A model generated the notes under the pieces. That model did not search any database and was not told where the DNA came from. It saw only the letters and a list, made by a program, of their open reading frames with translations. From Novakomyces olei (lineage: Eukaryota), in assembly GCA_016906335.1 (NCBI GenBank), contig JADEYG010000007.1, forward strand, positions 1,240,001 to 1,304,000: a stretch of DNA of 64,000 bases. The letters run 5' to 3'. Made by a program: the position numbers and the translations under genes. This document shows, in pieces, positions 55,001 through 64,000 of the stretch; position 1 is the first letter of the stretch; each line of letters starts with the position of its first letter.

Positions 55001-55899
55001 TCATGACATATTCGGACTCGACAATGAGAGTAAGCCATGAAATTTCTATGAATAACGATACCGATTTTTTGAATACGTTTATAAATGAGCATGCTCTTTT
55101 TTTTTTTTTTTTTTTTCCTAATTATCGTATTGGGACTTTGTAACATGACTTCAATTAAAGCTATATTCTTCAAGACCGTTTCAAAATACAGCCCTAACAG
55201 CAGTATTGGAAGCTTGATATGACAATACCCGAGTTTTCATTGCTTAGCGAATGGCGATACAAGACTCGATGTGTTTTGAACCCCGTTTTGTTGGAATCAA
55301 ACTCGAAAGACACGGACATGAACACGGCATTTGCTGTCTGCAGTACGGACGGCACTATTTCGCTCTATTGTGCTCGGGATCCTTCAATATTCTGGAACCC
55401 TTTTTGTTTAAAAGCGCACCAGTCCAGCATACTATCTATCTGCGTTACAGAAATGATAATTAGCGGGCAAAACCAAAAATGCTTTATCTGTATTACAGGA
55501 GGAGATGATGGAGCCATTGTATTAACAGGCATACGGAGCGATGAAACTTGGCAGGCCGAAACTCTCCACAAAATCCCAGAAGCACATGCATCCGGCGTGA
55601 CTGGCTTGTGTATCGCTAAAACAGAGAAGTTGGATAAAAGCCGAGAAGAAAATGGATCAAGTCATAGAGAGCAACTCGAAATTGAATTTGTATCGGTCTC
55701 TATTGATCAGCGGCTGAAAGCTTTCAAGACTCGGTTGAGCGTTTCTTCAAAAGGCTCGGTCCAACACATTGATACGAAATGCAATGAAACTCAACGCTCT
55801 TTGGTGGCGGATATAGGAGCCCTGACTATGTTGAATACGACTGAATCCAAACTTTTGGCAGTCTTGGGAGTCGGATCCGAAGTATGGGAGTATGAATAA
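52032..55899 (+). CDS. WD40 protein WDR6/Trm734/Rtt10 (about 7 exons)
   Basis: LLYSASL, LLGHEGIPF, STSDDRSVKLW, GWGHGARVW, CGGPNRRW, HGREIR, DLRITGF, GGDDGAI, AHASGVTG and SVSIDQRL. Confidence 0.87.
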
Positions 55900-56066
55900 T
55901 AAAATGGAAAAGTATACAATAAGATAATAATAATTTATTAATCTAAACTATATTATTCCATCTGTCATAGCAGCACTTGCCAGTTACAGGCACTTTAGTG
56001 AAACTTGTCTAAATGATTCCATCAGCCAGGCCGAGATACCTTCCAATCCCTGTCCAAATAGCCTCG

Positions 56067-59000
56067 CTATAAGGTGAAAAGCTGCAGGGCAATAATAGCG
56101 CCATGAATATCAACCTCCTTTTGAGCAATATTTTGAGCTTCTGGCTTCAATTCAAGAGTGCTGACGACCCTGTCACGCAAAATCTTTTCCATGAGTACCG
56201 AGTTTTCCTCTACAGCCGATTCGAACCCGACAGGATCCTTGATGACCTTGAAATGCATGCCCACTTCATCCAATGGATCAAGTCCTGCCTCTTTTCTCAA
56301 GTACTGGACCTTGTTGATCAACTCACGGGTCAAACCTTCCTTCAATAAATCATCGTAGATGTGGGTATCGAGGAGAATAAAAACATCCTGATTGCTATTG
56401 ACAATAAACTTGTTGTCCTGGTCTTGCTGGCTGCCTTTAACCTCACGAATAACCTGCAGCTCAGTATCAACGAGAGGGATACCCTCAATTTCAATAAATT
56501 TCTCAAACTTGAACTTTTTAACGTCCTCTGTGGAAAGTTTACTCAACCCTTGCCTAACCTTAGCCAAGTCACCTCGTAAACGTCGACCTAGACTTTGCCA
56601 GTCCGGGATGAGTCGGTATGTCACCCCGTACCTATCCTCATCGTCCGTCAGAGTTAAATCACGGACATTGAGCTCCTCCTTAATATAGCTTTCCATTGAC
56701 TTGACATCCTCAAGGTACTGTGGACTATGATGCAGTACAATCAGCTCCTTTAATGGGGTCTTTAGACCGATTGCTTTGCTCTCACGAATGTACCGACCGA
56801 GTTCAATGACGGCCTGCATACGTGCTACTTTACGCTCAATATCTTCGTTGACATGGTCCATATTTACGTCCGGGAAGGCGACAAAGTGCACAGATCTCCG
56901 GTCTTCCGTACTATCTGCCTTGCTTGGCAGATAAGGCATAAGCAGTTGGTAAATTGTCTCCGCAATAAAGGGCGTAAAGGGAGCAATTGCCCTGTCCAAA
57001 GTGTACAGGGCATCAAACAGTGTATTTAGAGCCTCTAAAGTATCAGCAACCCCGTTCTCTCCCTTGAGGCGACGACGGTTAAAACGAATGTACCAGTTTG
57101 TCAGTTCCTCGATCAGCTTCAGGATTCTATTGATCACAGTAAACAACCGGTATTCCGCCATTTCACGCTTAATAAAGGCCACTAGGCTCGTACATGACGC
57201 TAGAATCCAGCGGTCCATCGGATTAGAACCAACTTTCATATTAGGGTCATAAACAAATTTGATCCCGTGTACTTTTTGCAAAAGAGCCGCCTGATTTGCG
57301 AAAAACTTGAAACTGTTATAAAAGGGCAGGAAGACACTGGTAATAATTTCGCGCAATCCTTCCTCCTTAAACCGTAAATTTTCTCCGCGCACAACGGGTG
57401 AACTGATCATGTATAGACGCAATGCGTCAGCACCATAAGTCTGCAATATGTACGAAGGATCAGGGTAGTTTTTCAGCCTTTTGGACATCTTTTTCCCATC
57501 TGCCGCCAAGACAAGTCCGTTCACAATAACATTTTTAAACGGAGCCTTGCCAAACAGGTGAGTTCCCAGGACCAGCAGAGTGTAAAACCAGCCGCGAGTC
57601 TGGTCCATTCCCTCGGCAATAAAATTGGCTGGAAAAGCATGCTTAAACTCTTGTTGAAACTCAAACGGATAATGATTAGAGGCATAAGGCATACTGCCAG
57701 ACTCGAACCAGCAGTCAAAAACTTCTTCAATACGTCTCAATTGTCCTTTGCCCTGGCGTGACGGGATAGTTATATTGTCAATACTATCACGATGAATGTC
57801 TGAAATGCCTTTTACTCCTGATAATTCTTCAAGTTCGGCGATAGAGCCAATACAAACAATTTCTTCCAGGTCTTCACTGGCCCAGAGCGGGATAGGAGTG
57901 CCCCAGTAACGGTTACGGGAAACGTTCCAGTCTCTAGCGTTAGCCACCCAATTGCCAAACCGACCATCTCTAATATTTTCTGGCATCCAGTGTGTTTCCT
58001 GTAAAGCCTCCACCATTTTGGGTGTGTAGTCCCGCACTTTAACAAACCAGGCCGGGATCATTCTGTAGATCAAAGGTGTATCTGATCTCCAACAAAACGG
58101 GTAACTGTGCTTCTCCTGAGACTGGACGATCAGCTTGCCCTTAGCTTTTAAAGCTTTTTGAATATCCTTGTCTGCATCTTTAACATACTCGCCCTCGAAC
58201 TGCGGCACTTCGGCGGTAAAGACTCCACGGTCGTCCAGCGGGTTTGGGGCATAGACTGTCTCGCTGATTATTCCATGTTCCATACACACATTGTAATCGT
58301 CCTCACCAAAGGCAGGGGCCTGGTGAACGATACCCGTACCACTATCGTCCGTTACATAAGTTCCTGTAACCACTTTAAAGGCACGATCCTTGAAAGCCTC
58401 GTAAAAGAAATCAAAAGGTGGTTCATAGCGCCAGCCCAGCATGTGAATGCCTTTAATGCCTTTTTCAAGGACAGTAAATTTCGCTTTTTTAGGGTTTTTG
58501 TACAGCACGCTGAGCCGTTTCTCCAACAGAATGTACTGACGACCAGATTCCTCGTCGCGTATCTTGATGTACTCAAACTCAGGATGAACACAGAGAGCAA
58601 GGTGAGAAGGCAGCGTCCAGGGAGTAGTTGTCCAGGCCAACAAAGAGGTAGCCGGGTCGTTAAGCAGCGGGAAAGCGACTACTACTGTCGGATCGACTAC
58701 CTCCTTGTAATTTTGCTGGGCTTCAAAGTTGCTAAGTGGTGTCGTACATCCTGTGGAGTAAGGCATTACTCGATAGCCACGGTAGACGAGCTCTCTTTCA
58801 AACAGTTGCTTAAAGACCCACCAAACACTCTCCATAAATGTAGGTTTAAGTGTCTTGTAATCGTTATCGAAATCAATCCAGCGACCCAGTCGTTCAATCG
58901 TGTGACGCCATTCTGATGCGTATCTCATCACAATTGCACGACATTCTGCGTTGTATTTGTCAATTCCCTAAAATTAGCATCGGATCAAAATCGGCGTACT

Positions 59001-59436
59001 CAAATTCAAACGACAAAGGCAACGGGAAAATGGAAACAAGACGGAAAAGAAAAGAGTAATAAAAAAGAATTAATAAAAATTTAAAAAAAAACTAAAAAGA
59101 AACGAACAAGAGTACCATCTTCATGACGTCCTCCTTGCAGGTGATTTTCAATTTTTGATCGATTTCGTGTTCCACAGGCAAACCATGCGTATCCCACCCA
59201 AAACGGCGTTCGACGTAGTGTCCGTTAGCCGCAGCATACCGGGTCACTGTGTCCTTTATGGAAGACGTCAAAATGTGACCGTGATGTGGGAGTCCCGTGG
59301 CGAACGGAGGTCCGTCGTAAAAGGTGTAGCGCGGCCGTCCACGACTCAGTTTCAATGAGGTCTGAAACGCATCGATATCGCGCCAAAATTGCAGCACTTT
59401 CTCCTCCTCTTGCACGATATTGAACGATGAAGACAT
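56067..59436 (-). CDS. ILS1: Cytoplasmic isoleucyl-tRNA synthetase (2 exons)
   Basis: [38 protein letters not shown] and KMSKR. Confidence 0.97.
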
Positions 59437-59866
59437 TGCTTCTGAGGATAGATATGGTTTTCTGCAGCTGGCAATTTTTATTATTTGATTTATTATGGAT
59501 CTATCGCCTGTGTAAAGTTATTATCAACGTCTCGAGTAATTAGTTTAATTTATCTATATATTTTCGAAGTGTCTGTTTACGATTTATTGTGGAAACCAGT
59601 TTGTGGCGGCTAATAAGTTCACGGGCCCCGTACTGAAATTTAGTATACGCAAGAAAAGGGAATATTATAAGGCACAGAAGGTAATAACAGGGTGTAACGT
59701 TGTATAGAAATAATTAAATCAGTGTCGGAAAATAAACTAAATAATTAAAGCAAATAAAAGCATGCAGTGCTACATACAACCTAAAAAAACTCTGAGCAAA
59801 TGTACTAAAACAATATATTGAAAAAAATCTATAATTGCTTTGCTCGACGTAATTAATAATCATTTT

Positions 59867-61093
59867 ATGATGGAGGGCAATTATGGAAATGATGGGGAAG
59901 AAAATGAAGAGCCAGAGCTCGACAGTGCTCTGATAGACGAGGAAACCGATGTGCTGGAGACTTATGAACGTGGAGAAGATGCTGCAATGTCTAGTGGCGA
60001 CGAAGAAGCAGAGGGAGAAGAGCAAATTCTAGATCTCAGCATTCAAGGCTTTTTCAAGCATACAGACAGCGTTTACATTGTCGCCATTAACCAGGCACAG
60101 CCAGACATGGCTGTGAGTGGTGGAGGCGATGACGTTGCTTATGTATGGGACATTTCTACAGGCGAAGTCCTGTTTCGCTGTTCTGGCCATTCAGATAGCG
60201 TAGTGGCTGCTGCCTTTTCTGTGGACGGAAAGTACGTGGCAACAGGAGCAATGGACTCCACCGTCCGTGTATGGAAGACGACGGGCGAGTTTGTAACGCT
60301 GCTAGAAGCAGGCGACGAGATTTTGGTAAGAGCAATTGCGAGCAAGTACTGGATCTGACAATAGTAGTGGCTGCAATGGCACCCTTTAGGCTCCGTAGTC
60401 TTGGCCGGGAGCAATGACGGTTCAACGTGGATGTGGTCGTTGCCCAGTGGCAATGTAATGTCTGTGTTTTCAGGGCCTACAATGCCCGCCAACGCTGGTA
60501 TGTTTTTACCCTCAGGTAAACAGGTGGCAGTTGCAGCTCAGGACGGTACGTTTTTCCTCTACGATCCTAAAAGTGGGTCTGTTGTTCTTCGACTGGGACC
60601 AGAAGATGCAAGGTTTTCACCGGGAGAGGACGAAGGCTGGAACTGTATTGCCAGTGATGGCAATGTTGTTATTCTGGGCGCCTCTAGTGGGAAATGTAAG
60701 GCCGTTAACCTAAGCAATGGCCATGTACTGGGCAGTTTTGAGGCGCAAAAGGAGAGTATAGAGAGTATTTCTTGGTGCAAAGTACTGCCTATTGTAGCCT
60801 GTGCTAGTGTTGATGGCACAATTGCTCTCTACGATACTCAATCATGGCGGCTAAGGTCGATCATTCGGCATGATGATGCTGTAGTCAAAGTTATTTTTGT
60901 ACCAGACTCCCCTTTTTTAATATCCGCGTCTACGGACAAGAGTGTCCGACGGTGGGATGCTCGTACGGGAGCCTTGCTGGACAAGTATACAGGGCACACA
61001 GACATTATTGTGTCCATGGACATAACGCCAGATGGGAAGCGAATCGTGACTGGGTCCGATGATAATACTGCTCTTGTGTTTGGTGAACGGTGA
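59867..61093 (+). CDS. SQT1: WD40 ribosome assembly chaperone Sqt1/AAMP (2 exons)
   Basis: Acidic N-terminus, HTDSVY, SGGGDDVAYVW, spliced EIL|WLQWHP and AGSNDGSTWMW. Confidence 0.88.
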
Positions 61094-61358
61094 ACTTTTC
61101 TATTTGTAATCATTTTTGGTGGAAGTGAAATGAAAAAGCCACGACAACAATTAACTTTATTTTGCTGTATCGAACAGTGTATAATATACTAGTCCAAAAT
61201 CTTTTAACACAATGTCATTTTGATCAGAAATAAACACGTATAATCTGCTGCCCATGACTATTTCATTCAGGCTTTTGTCAGTGCCTATACCCCAACTTCA
61301 TATTCTGATTTTAATCATATACCCAGAGACTTGTCAATTTCCCCTTCAACCGAGACAA

Positions 61359-63007
61359 TTAATCTGAATTATCTAAAACCTTCTCCAAATCCTCCATTTC
61401 CTTGCGTCGCTTCCATTCCAAATAAGCCTCGTGCTTTTGTAAAGACCGTAACCGGCTACGGTGGTGCCGACTGGTAAGGTGCGTGTCCCACTGTGCTTGG
61501 CCAACAAGCGCCATTTTATTACCATGCTTGTCGAGGCATATATCACACTCAAAGCTTTGCCATAGATCAGTACGGCCACCAAAATCTTGCCATTGCTCTT
61601 TACTTGTGAGCAGTTTCTGTGCCTGAGGGGAAACCTCTATTGCAGCGGGCAGAGTATCGCCGGAAAAGTAAGCTTTTGCAAGTTCAATGGCTGGCTCCTT
61701 GACGTTGCTGTTCCAATGATCTATATCACTGGCATCCAAAACGTATAGGAATGAGGCGTTATCCTTATGACTACTCGCCTGGTGAACAACAGGGACTAAA
61801 CGGTTCCGCAGCCAGCGAACTTGCTGCCTTGCATATTGCCTTGTTGCTAGTCTCATGGTCTCAAGACAAGAAGAAAAGACGTCGCCATCGGAGCAGCCTC
61901 CTTCTAACCAAGGAAGAAACTCTTTAAACCCTATAGCCTGCCAGGCTCCTCTCTCTAGGTCAGGAGGAATACCACCCGCAGAGCTTTTTAAACGTTTAAA
62001 TATAGTGTACATGTCTCTAATTTCATCAACGAGACCAGCCCGGATCATGGCGTCCACCCTATTATCCAGTCGAGCTTCCAACACTGCGGGATCTGAATAA
62101 ACCCAAAAGATTAAAGTGGGATACCTGAATAAAGGCTCTGCCTGCCGCTGTTGTCTTTGCTCCATATAAACATCAGAAGCGCGCCGACCTGACTCAAGGT
62201 ATATCTGTAAGCTTCGACGAATTTTTCGACGATCATTCGGGTGCCATTTACTGGCGACTACTGGATCAACTTGCCGTAGATGCTCGAGAAGTTGGCTTGT
62301 AGGCCTCTCTAATAGTGACTCATCGTAATCTTTTGTCTCTCTTGACGAGCCAGCAATGAGCGAATTTTCAAATAAAAGGCTTTGTGTAAAGTAATGCGTG
62401 CCACCGGCCAACACGGGAACTCTGCCCGATTCATGCAAATGAGATATCTGAACAATTAATATGAAATTGAACAGTGTGCTATAATTAAGCACAAAGCAAA
62501 AGCTTTGTTGAAACAATGGCTTGAAGGACAAGGTTTGACCAAAACTAACAAAATTTGTTCGACCAAGTTATACGAAATGAACAAAAAAGATAAAAAAAAA
62601 AAAAAAAAAACAAAACAAAAAAATTTGATCAACGTACAATGTTGTCAGCATCTTTTTTGAAATCACCAACTACGTATTTATTACGCTGCGCCAAATTTTG
62701 AAACGACATCAAATGATGATAAACAGAACCCCTTTCTTCTTGTGAAACTTTGTTGGTTATAATATCAAGGCCCTTGTAGAATTGCATAGAGTCCCCATTG
62801 ATAACATCGCCATCAAACGCCTTGGCCAATTCAATAGCGAGCTTTTATTAGTACGTCTCGTTTTGAAAGAAATACCTGGGACTTTCCGACTCCTGTTGTG
62901 CCTTCATATTAGATATCTGAGAATTGAACCAAAAATTGAAGCAACGTGTGGATTTGCTTACCGACAACAGCAAAAACTGCGCGCCGTCGCATCAAGCAGG
63001 ATAGCAT
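61359..63007 (-). CDS. MOD5: tRNA dimethylallyltransferase (4 exons)
   Basis: Spliced VVGTTGVGKSQLAIELA, INGDSMQFYKGLDIITNK, GGTHY, QAIGFKEF, TRQYA and a C-terminal zinc finger. Confidence 0.95.
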
Positions 63008-63398
63008 GTATTTAATTCAAAATATGCCATTTCACAGCAAACGAATTGGATCAAGCGTGTTGAAATGTGCAAATTGCTGCTAATCTTTGAGCAGTTTATG
63101 CGCAAAATTAACATTTTTTATGAGTATAAAAGCACCACATTTATTATGTTTATTTGTTATGCGTATTATTTGATCATATTGATTGCTACGTATGATGACA
63201 CGTTTCACGCTGTAATAATTCTAGATTTCGCTATTTCGTATTTATTTTATTTTATTTAAATTTAATTTAATTATTCGTCTTTAATTTTCGTGACTGACAT
63301 GTACAGTACGACACGCGTACTCAAAGAGCACCCGTGACGTGTTTGAAGATATACAACGGCTTTGCGAAATGGTCTGATTGAGTTTCGCATACATAAAG

Positions 63399-63770
63399 AT
63401 GTCACACGGCCGGTTTGGCCGTAGTTCTAATCTGCGTGATCGCAGTATTCTGCCTATGCACAATACACCATCTCCTGCGCCAGGAATGGCTGACGAGCTA
63501 GAACGACAGAACGATGATAAACTCGAAGGTCTGAGTGCCAAGGTTCGGGCCATGAAAGATCTCAGTACATCGATTGGACACGAAATAACTTCTTCTAACA
63601 AGCTCCTTGAGGATATGGACAATGCTTTTCACTCTACGTCAGATTACCTGAAAGGCACGTATGGACGTATGATGAAAATGGCGAAAAGATCAGGAGTCGG
63701 CTGGTTCCATATATTTGTGTTTTTTGCTGCCGTATTTGGTTGCTTCTTCCTTTACTGGCTCATTAAATAA
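63399..63770 (+). CDS. BET1: Qc-SNARE Bet1
   Basis: LERQNDDKLEGLSAKVRAMKDLS SNARE motif followed by a C-terminal transmembrane helix. Confidence 0.88.
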   Translation: MSHGRFGRSSNLRDRSILPMHNTPSPAPGMADELERQNDDKLEGLSAKVRAMKDLSTSIGHEITSSNKLLEDMDNAFHSTSDYLKGTYGRMMKMAKRSGVGWFHIFVFFAAVFGCFFLYWLIK

Positions 63771-64000
63771 TGGAATGGCTCTTGTGGGTGTATATTGTTT
63801 GCGGCGAGATAAACATAATAGAACGATTGTTCAATTTAGACTAAATTGTCTTTGACCTCTACAAACTATACCCATACACCTCCTTTAAATTCACATCCTC
63901 CCGTGTTTTTCCACCCCCTGCATTTCATGTCGACCAGTTAATCCTCTACTCTATCCCATAATCTGTCATCGTGTGCCTGAGTTTCCCTTCAGCAGGCTCT

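Noticed and set aside
63860-64000. Possible 3' end of a minus-strand gene at the window edge
   Set aside because: Too short, with no recognisable motif.

Overview
Gene-dense fungal chromosomal segment with short spliceosomal introns. An early-diverging, Taphrinomycotina-like ascomycete is my inference, from Schizosaccharomyces-type Homol E/D promoter boxes, dispersed 5S genes and intron style; unlike fission yeast it keeps a complex I subunit gene. I can support about 25 protein-coding genes (including SIN1, an F-box/WD40 protein, RMD1, URA7, TAZ1, kinesin-14, RPS27, FHIP, UBE2W, NDUFA13, a DEAD-box helicase, a Con7-type transcription factor, ELP6, ESF1, a CCDC130-like protein, BFR2, WDR6, ILS1, SQT1, MOD5, BET1), one tRNA-Lys(UUU), two variant 5S genes and one complete, apparently solitary 18S-5.8S-LSU unit on the minus strand. 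The most notable observations are: a probable non-canonical AT-AC intron with U2-type signals in CTP synthase; an rDNA unit with no tandem neighbour, set among single-copy genes; a recurring AGGGT/TTAGGG promoter motif at 5, 6 or 10 bp spacing; and microsatellites that have expanded inside introns. All gene models were read by eye and no database searches were run.
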